From a virus (lineage: Duplodnaviria > Caudoviricetes): a DNA stretch of 64,000 bases. The translations under genes and the position numbers were made by a program. The notes beneath the pieces were generated by a model. That model worked only from the letters and a program-made list of their open reading frames with translations. It was not told where the DNA came from and searched no databases. Position 1 is the first letter of the stretch. Every line of letters starts with the position of its first letter. Below are positions 27,360 through 38,000 of this stretch, one piece after another. The stretch is taken from the IMG/VR virus record IMGVR_UViG_3300033061_000668, positions 3,303 through 67,302 of that record; one strand, given 5' to 3'.

Positions 27360-27812
27360 ATGGCCGAATACCCGTTAACCGTAACAACCATACCGGATAA
27401 TACTTGTTATCCTACTACAGTTCAACCACTTCTGAACTTAGTCGCGGAATACTCTACACTTGTTATTCCTGGGAATCAGGCGGCTTATCTTATAAGCGAT
27501 ACAACTCCTTCTTCTGAAAATCAAAATAAATTGTGGTTTCAGACGCAATCTTCTGGATCTGGATACGGGTCACCAAAAGTAGTTAGATGGTACGTAAACG
27601 GGTCATGGCTTGAGTTTGCTCAATTGTCCCAAGGAGACAGAATTCTTGTATCTTCTGGATCAATCATATCTTCCCCGTGGGGTGAGTTTGGGTATACCTA
27701 TAACTTTTCAGGTCTTGGAATTAGTTCTTATACTCCCACCCAAGCGCCAACACCGCCAGATGGTTTGAAGTACAAAACCTATGTTGGATATTGGACATCC
27801 AAAACACCCTAA
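27360..27812 (+). CDS. Virion protein, paralogue A
   Basis: Shares YP..VQ.LL, KxWFQT, GSW.EF, SSPWG, YK.YVGY with the next gene. Confidence 0.65.
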   Translation: MAEYPLTVTTIPDNTCYPTTVQPLLNLVAEYSTLVIPGNQAAYLISDTTPSSENQNKLWFQTQSSGSGYGSPKVVRWYVNGSWLEFAQLSQGDRILVSSGSIISSPWGEFGYTYNFSGLGISSYTPTQAPTPPDGLKYKTYVGYWTSKTP

Positions 27813-27816
27813 ATAG

Positions 27817-27844
27817 TTGACACAAAATACCAAGACGTTAATCT
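27817..27844 (+). promoter_or_regulatory. Promoter TTGACA-N16-TAATCT
   Basis: 9 nt upstream of ATG 27854. Confidence 0.6.
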
Positions 27845-27853
27845 AATTAAGCT

Positions 27854-28279
27854 ATGGCTGTTTACACGATATCCGCCGGAACCGTCCCTTTAAACACCGG
27901 ATATCCAGCTAATGTACAAGGTTTGTTGCAGTTATTGCAATCATATCTTTCTGTAAATGCTGGGTCCAATTTAAGTTCCGTTGTTGTTTCTGGGTCTACT
28001 CCAGCCTCGCAAGATAATGATAAAATCTGGTTTCAAACCGAAACTGGTGTTACAGGACTTCCACAATCAGTGAGGCTTTACAGCCAAGGATCTTGGAAAG
28101 AATTCACACCATTTACTTTTGGGGACATTGTATTGGCAGATGCAAACGCAGCCATCTCATCTCCTTGGGGTATTGGAAATACAACTTATGTTGTGGATGG
28201 CATTAGTAAGTTAACTCCAACCCTTCCAGTTGCTCCAGCTAATGCGCAGTACAAAGTTTATGTGGGGTATTACGCATGA
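27854..28279 (+). CDS. Virion protein, paralogue B
   Basis: Collinear similarity to the previous gene. Confidence 0.65.
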   Translation: MAVYTISAGTVPLNTGYPANVQGLLQLLQSYLSVNAGSNLSSVVVSGSTPASQDNDKIWFQTETGVTGLPQSVRLYSQGSWKEFTPFTFGDIVLADANAAISSPWGIGNTTYVVDGISKLTPTLPVAPANAQYKVYVGYYA

Positions 28280-29490
28280 TCCGGAGAACTTATGGGTCAG
28301 TTAAAGAACAATTGGCACGCGTCACCCAGAACGGGATGTGCGCAACTGATCCTCAGTTACTAGCCCGCACCAACGAAGCACAGGAACGTTTACTGAATAA
28401 AGGATTGTATGCCGGGACTTACGGACGTTATTCCGTTTGTGTTTATGGTGGGTGCATTACTTTGCCTCGCGAGTTTGAATCAATTTTAGGGTACAATTAC
28501 GATGGCGTTCCGGCGCAGGTGTACAACCAATGGTATGAGTTTATGGCAAACGGCCCCGGGATCGCTCCTGTTGGAGATTGGCGACGACTGCTAGACCGCG
28601 GATTTGTTCCCTGCTTTCGTTCGCTTGAAGCGCAGAAATATCTCCGCGTCTATACTGACCTTGTTGAAGATGCTACCTCAACTATTTTATTCCGCGGTTC
28701 TGATACCTACAACAACCGAATCCAGACTCAGGAAAATGGAGCTTACATCGACGGCGAACGTTTGAATTTAAGCGCTGGATCGGGTAATTCCAGCGTGTTG
28801 GTTTCTGGATATGCAGAATCTTATGTAAATGGAGTTTATTTTTGGTTCACAACTTCAGATTCAAGGCCCGCTTATAGAAATCAAGCTGGTTATATTCTTA
28901 GGTATAATTCCTCAGATACTTGGTGGGAGATTGCGGCTCCTGACACTTCGATATACGACAATAGCTTCGGGATAGACGTTGGTTATCCATGGCTAGCTAG
29001 TTGGATTCCCGGAAGAATTTTCACGGAACTCCCCCGAACCACAGTCAATGCTTTCCGCTCCATCGATGCCATAAACAAAACTGCAACGAAAGGTTGGGTA
29101 CGTGTTTATGCAGTCGATCCGACCACGGGTTCTGAGTCCTGCATCGCCATACTTGCGCCCGACGAAACGTTGCCCCAGTATAGGCGGTATGCAATTCCAG
29201 GATTTGAACGAGAGGATGGAGCTACTGTGACAGTGCTCGCCAAGCGGAAGTTTATCCCTGTAATCAGTGATGACGACGATTTAATTGTTACCAATCTTGG
29301 TGCTTTAAAAATGATGGCGATTGCCATTGAAAAAGAGGAAAACAATAATCTGGACGAAGCCATGAAGTATGAGCAGAAGGCCGTCGAACTCTTGCGTGAA
29401 GAGTTGAAAGAAGTCGAAGGAGCTAACATTGGCAGACCCCAGGTTCAAATGGAGATGTTCGCTATGGGAGAAATCCCGAACATGGCATAA
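28276..29490 (+). CDS. Putative head-tail adaptor (tail tubular protein A-like) with an inserted beta module
   Basis: Helical termini (LARTNEAQERLL; LGALKMMAIAIEKEE) around a beta core; synteny before ejection genes. Confidence 0.45.
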   Translation: MIRRTYGSVKEQLARVTQNGMCATDPQLLARTNEAQERLLNKGLYAGTYGRYSVCVYGGCITLPREFESILGYNYDGVPAQVYNQWYEFMANGPGIAPVGDWRRLLDRGFVPCFRSLEAQKYLRVYTDLVEDATSTILFRGSDTYNNRIQTQENGAYIDGERLNLSAGSGNSSVLVSGYAESYVNGVYFWFTTSDSRPAYRNQAGYILRYNSSDTWWEIAAPDTSIYDNSFGIDVGYPWLASWIPGRIFTELPRTTVNAFRSIDAINKTATKGWVRVYAVDPTTGSESCIAILAPDETLPQYRRYAIPGFEREDGATVTVLAKRKFIPVISDDDDLIVTNLGALKMMAIAIEKEENNNLDEAMKYEQKAVELLREELKEVEGANIGRPQVQMEMFAMGEIPNMA

Positions 29491-29492
29491 TT

Positions 29493-30497
29493 ATGGCAGC
29501 AATTACATCTAGACCAGGCGAATCAACAACTTATTTTGCACCATCTTCCAATCCTGCAAGAGGAAGTCTTGGTATGGGAATTCCAGGTTCAACAACCACT
29601 AACCAATTTGGATGGGAAACTACTAAACCGGGACAAGCAGCTTATGGTCCTATGCTTCAAGGTACTAACGGGAACACGTTTAGAAAACTTGAAGGAGGCG
29701 GGTACGTGGATCAGTATGGAGAAAAAGTTTCCGGGTTTACAACTCCATCCCGCGGAGGTGGGGGTGGAGGTGGTGGTGGGGGTGGATACGGAGGTGGTGT
29801 AGCCCCACAAGCAACACCTGTAGAATTTTATCTTGGGCCAGCCCCAACGTTGGAGCAACTTAATTTAAATTGGGAGGAGATGGGCAAGCGAGCGATGGAT
29901 GTAAACAAACCTTATGCTGAGCAGTATAAACAATTTGCCCCAGGAACTGAAGCCGGAACCAGAGCTCTTTCAAATCTTGGTGCTACGATGGCAACAGGAC
30001 AATTATCACAAGATATGGCGAGCCAGATTGGGCGAGGAGCTGCCCAATTAGGTTTTAGTACCGGGCTTGGCGGGCGTTCTGGAATTGGTCGGAATATTCT
30101 TGCTCGTGATCTTGGGTTGAGTTCCTTGCAAGTTCAACAGCAAGGCGCGGATTTCTTGTCCAAATCTTCCCAACTTGCTCAACAAGCACAGCAAGCAATG
30201 TCTCCAATTTCCCCGACTGAAGTATTCGGGACAGCAGCGAATCAAGCTTCTTACAACAACCAAATTCAAAATCAAAATCTTCTTAATACTTGGTTGTCCC
30301 AAGGATTGCCTGGGCAGTTTGATATCCAGAAAGGTAAATATATTGGATTCCAACCTGGAAGTTATTCTGATTATAGACCATCACTCGCCTCCGCTCCCAC
30401 AATAAAAACAGATGCTTATGGCAAGAAGACAAGTGTTCCGAATTCAATAGCTAATTGGACTGGCTCATCAGCGACTCCAAGATATTTATACGGATAA
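29493..30497 (+). CDS. Putative DNA pilot/ejection protein
   Basis: Gly/Gln/Ala-rich low complexity, position before giant internal protein. Confidence 0.45.
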   Translation: MAAITSRPGESTTYFAPSSNPARGSLGMGIPGSTTTNQFGWETTKPGQAAYGPMLQGTNGNTFRKLEGGGYVDQYGEKVSGFTTPSRGGGGGGGGGGGYGGGVAPQATPVEFYLGPAPTLEQLNLNWEEMGKRAMDVNKPYAEQYKQFAPGTEAGTRALSNLGATMATGQLSQDMASQIGRGAAQLGFSTGLGGRSGIGRNILARDLGLSSLQVQQQGADFLSKSSQLAQQAQQAMSPISPTEVFGTAANQASYNNQIQNQNLLNTWLSQGLPGQFDIQKGKYIGFQPGSYSDYRPSLASAPTIKTDAYGKKTSVPNSIANWTGSSATPRYLYG

Positions 30498-30500
30498 TTT

Positions 30501-32039
30501 ATGGCACTATCCCCTAACGCTCCGGATTACGTAAGCCAAGTTCGTGGAGTTATCAACGACCTTCGCCAGAACTACGTTCAAAAACAGCAGTTATTCCAGC
30601 AAGAACAACAAGCGCAAGCCCAGATTGGATTGGGGTATGCTCAGCTTGCGTCTCAGCGTGATAATCAGGCTAGACAAGCTGCTCTTGATGAGCAAAGGAT
30701 TGCAGTGCAAAGTTTGCAAAGCCAACGTGATCTTGAAAATTTGGCCTTTAACAGAGAACGTCAAGCCGCTTCCGACCGCATGGAAGCTCAGAAATTTGAT
30801 CTACTCCAAAAGGAAAGAGATCAAAAAATGGAAGAGATTGACAATAAGAATAAAGAAGAAGCCGAATCTGGAAGACTTTTTTCTCTTGTTCGAGATGCAA
30901 GACTTTCTGGTGACCTAGATAAAATTGCAAAAGCTGAAGGGGAATTAGACAACGCTGCTTTATCCGCAGCACTTAAAGGTCAAATTTTAGACCGACTTGA
31001 TATCGCAGATGCACGCAGATTAAAATTCCAAACAGATAATGAGATTAGGCAAAAACGTCCACAAGTTAATGATGTGTTGGCCCAAGCCGCCAATCTTCCA
31101 ATTGGCAACATGCTTCCTGATGATGCTCAGGATGAATTAAACAATTTGTACGCAACCTACCAAAAAATTGGATCTCCAGATCCAGATTCCGCCAGCAAGC
31201 TTAACGCAATTTTTTCCCAGAAGCAGGCTCAATTGCTCAAGTTACGTGATGATGTAACTGTTCAAGGCATCACCCAATTAGTCGAGGATGGAGCGCAAGA
31301 AAATTTCTTTACTCGGCAATACCCAGGATCGGCTGGAGTAGCCTTTCAAAAACGATACGATGAAATTACTAAAGGAATCCCAAAGGGAGAAAGAATTAAG
31401 GACCCAACTATTTTTAGTAAACTTAAAGGTCTTGCTGCTGATATTCATTTGGTAGAAAGCCAAGAGAGTTTGGATAATACAAAAGCAAGTTTTATCATAG
31501 CTCAAGAAAATCTTGTAAAGAAAAATCCTAATTTGGCAATAGAAACAATAGACCAAACTACCGGAGATAAAAGAATTACATTTGTGATGCCGATGCCAAA
31601 TATGACATTAGGCCCGAACGATGTAGATCTTCGTACTGGAAAAATAACTAAAGAAAAACAAAGAGAGATTGACCAATACCAAAATCTGCTCAATAGAACA
31701 TTGGCTGGCGATTTTAATCCGCTCAATATGTTACTCGGCAGAACGATTAGCCAAAGCCCAGCGGCCAAAAGTAGCAATGCCCCGTTTGTACCAAATGATC
31801 CTTATGCCACTACGGCTCAAACTCCTGTCACTCCTACTGGTACAGCAGTTGTAAGGACTGGTACGCCAACGCCTACCGCCCCCAATGAAGAGCAGATTAT
31901 GGCTATGGGGGCTGATCCTAAAACTGCCAGCACACTTATCCCTGGGTCTTCTAAGACCTACGGAGAGGCAGCTAAGTTCCTAGCGGATAAAAAGAAAGCT
32001 CAACAAGGAAAAAGCGTAGCAAATCCGAATAGCTATTGA
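30501..32039 (+). CDS. Putative ejection (internal virion) protein
   Basis: Gln-rich coiled-coil N-terminus, 512 aa. Confidence 0.45.
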   Translation: MALSPNAPDYVSQVRGVINDLRQNYVQKQQLFQQEQQAQAQIGLGYAQLASQRDNQARQAALDEQRIAVQSLQSQRDLENLAFNRERQAASDRMEAQKFDLLQKERDQKMEEIDNKNKEEAESGRLFSLVRDARLSGDLDKIAKAEGELDNAALSAALKGQILDRLDIADARRLKFQTDNEIRQKRPQVNDVLAQAANLPIGNMLPDDAQDELNNLYATYQKIGSPDPDSASKLNAIFSQKQAQLLKLRDDVTVQGITQLVEDGAQENFFTRQYPGSAGVAFQKRYDEITKGIPKGERIKDPTIFSKLKGLAADIHLVESQESLDNTKASFIIAQENLVKKNPNLAIETIDQTTGDKRITFVMPMPNMTLGPNDVDLRTGKITKEKQREIDQYQNLLNRTLAGDFNPLNMLLGRTISQSPAAKSSNAPFVPNDPYATTAQTPVTPTGTAVVRTGTPTPTAPNEEQIMAMGADPKTASTLIPGSSKTYGEAAKFLADKKKAQQGKSVANPNSY

Positions 32040-32074
32040 CGTAGCGGGTTTGTTTCCCTTTAATAGGAAAGGTT

Positions 32075-35000
32075 ATGGCAGATCCTCTTGATCCTGAACA
32101 GACGCAAGAGGAAACCCTTCCGGAAACTGAACCGACTCAAGTTACGCCCCCAGTCCAAGCCCAACCAGATACTAGTTTAGACCAGTTTTTGTACGGGGAT
32201 AAACAGCCCCAACAATCCCAGCAGGATCTAAACACATTCCTTTACGGTACTCCCAAGGACAAAGACGCGATTGACAGTAGGCTCGCTGTAGCGCAGCAAG
32301 TTATCGATATGGCCAATGACCCAATGGCCACCGACTTATTTACTTCCATAGGCAGGAAGTTAACCGAGCCCGGTAAAAGTGAAGCCGCTTGGAAAGACTA
32401 CGAGAAAAATCTAGTTAATTTTGACCCAGCTCCTTACGAGAAGTTTAAGGAAGCCCAAGACAAGGGCGATTGGAAAACAATGGCCTCCACCGGCCTTCAG
32501 ATAATCGGTCAGGATTGGGGTAATTATATTGCCGGAGCCCTTGGGATGACAAATGAAGAACGCGAAAAAACGCAACAAAGTTACGGTGCAAAGATGATCG
32601 TTGGTAAAATTACCGATCCTAAAGAAGCAGCCGAAGCAATGGTGCTCACAGATAAGTACAAAGAAGATTTAAAAGCTGGAAAATCTATCGCCCCGGAAGG
32701 CCAAACGTCGGCTATGTCTTTAGGCGGTGGGCAGTTAAGTCTCAAGGTCGGAATGAATCTTACTCAGGCCGACGAATATTTAAAGACTTTACAGGACACC
32801 AAAACACAAGCCTTCGGACAAGGGGCTTTGCGTAATTTTGCTATCCAGTCTGGCGATGCTTTCATTCCGTTTGTTTCTGTTGGCGATATTATCATTGACG
32901 AAAAAGATAAAGATCAAGTTGCAAGGCGTGCGGCATTAGCCGAAGCGATCAATCAAACGATTTCAAAAGATTATTTCTATAGCACTGTTTCCGGGCAAGC
33001 CTTGGGTTCCCTTGGTAGTTTTATGGCAGCCGGAGCTGGCACAACATCATTACTTGGCGAAAGTGCTAACATGGCCGGGAAGGTAATTAAAGTACCCACG
33101 AAGCTTTCTCAGGGAGTGATGTATGGGTTGATGGGAACTTCGCAGTCCGTAAAAACTGACGAAAGAAATCTAAGCCCAATGGAACGACTGGCATCAATTG
33201 CCAGCGAATCTTTTGTTCTAGGTCTTTCAGAAGGAGGTGGAGATCTTCTTGGTGATCAAATTGACCATGGTGTAGCTAATCTACTTAAAACTCAAGCTAT
33301 GGCTAAACTCGCGCCAGAGTTTGCTCCGGTTGCGGGTGGGGTTGGAAAAGCATTATCCATTATGATTGGGGAATCAGCATCCGATCAACTGGATGCGGCA
33401 GCAAGAGGAAAAAATCCTTTTGAAGATCTGGCTCTTAGCTACGGGACAAATTTTGGTATTGGAGCTGGATTGGCTATTGCCGGATTTCCAAGAGCATTCC
33501 GCAGAGCACGGGTTATGGCACAAGCAGATGACTCTCTTGCAGCTGATTTTACTAAAGGACTTTCTGCAATCAGAAACGATACAAATAAAACAGATGAACA
33601 AAAACTTGCGGAAGTAGACACCATCAAACGTGCGTTTGGAAACAACGAGCGTGTCAACACTTTGATCGACCGCTCTTGGGCTTTGTCGGCCGTTGACGAG
33701 AACACAGCCCCCGAGACTCATCAGGTTCTTAAAGAATCCGTCGATGCAGCAAAGAGAGGAATTGTAGAAACTATTCTTGACGCAGGTCTCAATAAAGAAA
33801 ATCAACAAGAAAATGTTCAAGCAGTTGGGCAACAAACTGGCGAGTTGATGCCTGGAGTTCCTCTTCCTGGGGATCAAGAACAGGCCGAGCTGGAGAAGAT
33901 GAAGAATTATTTCTTAGCTGGGAACAAAGAAATTCGGCTCGAGAATACTATTGAAAACGCGGAGAAAATTAAATGGCTTGAGTCAAAGGGTTATATTTAC
34001 GGTAACTTAGTTGAGAATGGTTCAGCTTATGTTGTAAAAGGAGTTCGAATGGGCCAAGGAGATTTGGCCAAATGGTATGGTGAAGATGATCCTCGCGAAA
34101 GATTCCAAGGAGAAAAAGATGATCTCGATAAAGCAATCACAAAAGCGCATACGGGAACAAGCCAAGAACTGGATGTCAAGGTAGAAGAGATTCAGAACGC
34201 GGCTACCTATGATGACCTTCGAAGGATTGGTAACAAGTATCTTGGTGTTCCACTTACTGAAAGAATTCTTGAGGGAAAGCTGATTGAAACTCAAGACCGG
34301 ATTGCCGAAGAAAACGCAATCAACGCAAGACTTAAAGTTCTGAACTCCAATCTAGCGGCGATCAGAAAACAGCGCGAACAAAGTCCAGAAGATGAGCAGG
34401 CCCCGCTTGACGAAACAATCGCAAAGTTTGAGCAGGAGATTGAAAAACTAACTACTGGTAAAAAAGCTCAAGGCGAAGCAAACGTACTCCGTATCGTGAA
34501 AAATATGGAAGACCAGATCGATGAAGAAATTGATTCTGGTAAAATTGCGCCTGAAGTTTTAGCTAACCCGGAAGTAATTATTGCTATCTTAAATCCTAAG
34601 AATGCTTCCCACAGAGAACATGCGCTTTCTGAGCCAAGCCCGATTGAGGAAGACCCGACAAAACTTGGAGAAGCTTTTGATCTTGAAGATGCTCGTGTTG
34701 TCGAAAACTTAAAACGTATCGGTGCTATTGACGATCAGGGCCGCCCATTGATGACCCCTGCCGGGGCTATTGCTGCCTACGCCTTGGACAAGCGAAACTA
34801 TCTTACTAGCAAATCCCTTTCGGGTTATCAGTCATACGGTATTGCAGATCAGGTTTATAACGCCACAGTCAACAAAGCTTTGCTGGAACTCCGCAAGGGT
34901 AACAAGATTGCTCTTAGCACAATCTTCAATAGCAATCTAATTGACTTCATTCGTAAAGCCAAAGTCAGAATGCGTTCCGGAGTTGGGCTTGGCGCGATGA

Positions 35001-38000
35001 CGCAATTAAAAGAACAGGTTAAGAAAGCCGACCCAGAAAAATTGATTGAAGATCTTGGGCTGGACGAGAATCAAGCCCAGCTTGTAAAGGATACTTTTGA
35101 TGAGATATCTGCTACGGACGCCGAGTGGCAAGCCTCTCAGCCCGGAGCCGTCGCGACTCCATCGGTAACAGAGCGCGTAGAAGCCACAGCTATAATCGCC
35201 AACGAGATTGCCCCGCTATTTAGGCAGTCGCTTAAGTCTGATCTTGAACGGCTGGCATTTGATTCTCTTGTCGATTCGAAAGTAATGGCAAAGCTTGATT
35301 CGTTGGCTAGAGAACTTGGGTCAAATATCAACGAAGTTAAAACCATTCAACAAAATCTTCAGAAGCAATTGATCGAACAGATTAAAGCCGAGTACCGCGC
35401 ACGTCTTACAGCCGATAATCTTCCGTTGCTTCCCGCCCCCGAGGGAGAAGTCAGGAAGGCTGGAAATCTAACCAGCGAGCAACTCAAGCCAACTGAGAAT
35501 TTCTTTGCCCGAGCCAAAGAAGAAACTTTGATGACGGACGAAGAGCTTAAAGATTTTGAGGAACAGATGGCAGTCATTCGTTCTGGGCGTCGAGTTGAAG
35601 ACCTCCGCAACTTCCAACAGGAATTGATTGCTTTGATAGATTCAAAGTTAGGAATTGAGGATGGAGTATTTAGTGCTGATGTCCTTAATGATTGGGTAGA
35701 ACTTCTTGGTGGAGTGGAAAGCAACCCAGATATGCCGGGGCAACTTAATATTTCATTAGCGAAAGGTGTAATCACACAAGCCGACTACGATACTTTATTA
35801 AAACAACTTAACGCCTCAATGGATAAGGCTGTCAACCTTATCAGCAATGCAAAGGATATTAAAGATGTTAGGGCCGCGGCTCGTGAAGCCCGCGCTTCCT
35901 TTGTAAGAATCAACAACGCCATCCTACCAAAGGAGAAGAAAACAAATGCAAAACCAATCGCTAAACAAGCTGGCATATCTACCACAAGTGGATCTGACCA
36001 AACTAAACCCGTCTCTAAAGAACAGCAAAAAACAGCCAAGCCCGGGGAAGGTAAGCAACCCGCTAAGCCCGGAAAAACTAAGGGAAGTACTTCCGTGGCA
36101 GGAGGGGTATCTCGAGTATTACAAAGGATCGGTGCTGCCATACTCCCAAAAACCTTCTCAACCCCAAAAGGACAAGGAACCGTCCCCTACTCAGAAGATG
36201 TAATCACAAGCCTTGGTGGAAAGTTTACTGATCTTCAGGAGTTCAGCGCAGATCAAAGACAAGATACATCCGCGGCTATCGCCAGCATGGAAGGATCAAA
36301 AAACAAATCCTTCTATTTGGCGAACGGAGCTGGCACTGGGAAGACCCGTATTCTATTGGCCGTCGCTCAGCACTACCTTAACAAAGGAAAGAAAGTTCTT
36401 TATCTCACGGCTCATGATGCCGTAACTCCTGACTGGAAGAACCGCACGATTGGTGGAACCATCCAGCAGGACGCAGAGAGATTTGGTGTTCCGATTGTTG
36501 CTTATGGTGGAAAAGCCAGCGGTCTTAACGAGCTGACTTCAATTCCCTCTGGGACTGTTGTTGTGTCCACATACAACGACAAGTACATGGCCAAAATGCT
36601 TAGCATGGTCGATAACGACACAGTAGTTATTTTTGACGAGCATCATAATGGTAGGAATATTTTCCAAGCAAACCAGGAAGGAAACGCGGAGACTAAATGG
36701 CCCGTATTGATGGACAACATAGCCAAGAAAGCCGGCGCCGTGATGATGGCCTCCGGCACACCTTTTGATAAACCCGATCAGCTCCTGTCCCTGGCTCGGC
36801 TTGGTATCTTCGACAACATCTCCGAGGAACAGTTGCTGTTCAATCTTGGTTTTCAAAAATATGAACTCTCCACAAGCAACAAGTTTTATTGGGATCTTGC
36901 CCCTGGCGTTACGCTCGACGAGATGCAGAATCGAATGGAGAAGTATTTCGACAAGCTAGCTTTGAATGGAGTCTTCCGTTCTAGGTCGCTCAAGCTTGAT
37001 GGCGTCAACGTAGAATTTAAAAACGTCCCGCTTGACGCGGGAATCAGGGCAACGCTCGATTCCATAGCCGAGAGATTCGGCGGGAGCGAATCAATGGCAT
37101 CCCGCATGGCGGCTGTTGTGGCTCAGAAGCGGGCTCTTGAAACCTATAAGGTCAAGGCCGCGGCTCAGCAGGCATACGATGCAATCAAGCGTGGAGTGAA
37201 GCCGATTGTGTATGTAGGGTTTGTATCAAAGGAAGATTCGAAAGGCAACAAAGTAGATCAGGTTTCGAAACAGGTTGAGGAAGAACTCAAGAGAATTATT
37301 GCCCAAGATAATCCCGAGCTAGCCGCTAGGTTAAATGTTGCCCGCTTGTTTTCTGGCGGAGACGGCAAGCAACTAGCGATGGATAAGTTTAATAACCAAG
37401 GCGCTGATGTTCTGATCGCCACCGTTCAGATGGGCGGAACTGGCATTGAGTTGGACGACAAGGCCGGCGATCAGCCCCGCGAGATGATCATCATGTCGCC
37501 TCCAATCTCGGCCATCTCCGCCGTTCAGTTGATCTATCGTGTGTGGCGCGCTGATACAGCCAGTCGCCCAAACATTGTGTTCATGACCGCTGAACATCAG
37601 GTCGACCAAGAGCCTCTGGATAAGATGCGTCAACGTATGCGCTTGCTCGACGCCACTATGGGCGCTGGCTTCCAAGCTCTCAAAGGTGAAAGCAAATCTA
37701 AACTTTCAGAAGAATATTTAAGTACCCAGACCATTCCAAGTTCATTCTGGAAACTACCAGGAATTAATTTTGACGCACAAAGGACATTAAGTGATGCAGC
37801 TTTTGCGGCGAGGCATGAACTAGATTTGTTTGAAGAGGGAGAAGAAGGAGTAAGTAAAAGCGAATATAACACGATTAAAAATTGGTTAGATAAGAATGTT
37901 CCTGGGTATTATGAAGCTACCAAAATAACTTACGCCGGAAGAGGAACGGCAAAGGAAGAAATTCAAATTCCGGTCAAGGGTTCTCCGGAGAATATTAAAT

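Noticed and set aside
29752-29800. G-rich run as a regulatory G-quadruplex
   Set aside because: Explained by a poly-glycine coding stretch
32036-32064. Promoter TTGACG-N17-TTTAAT before the giant gene
   Set aside because: The -10 lacks the conserved A at position 2; plausible but not counted in the promoter family
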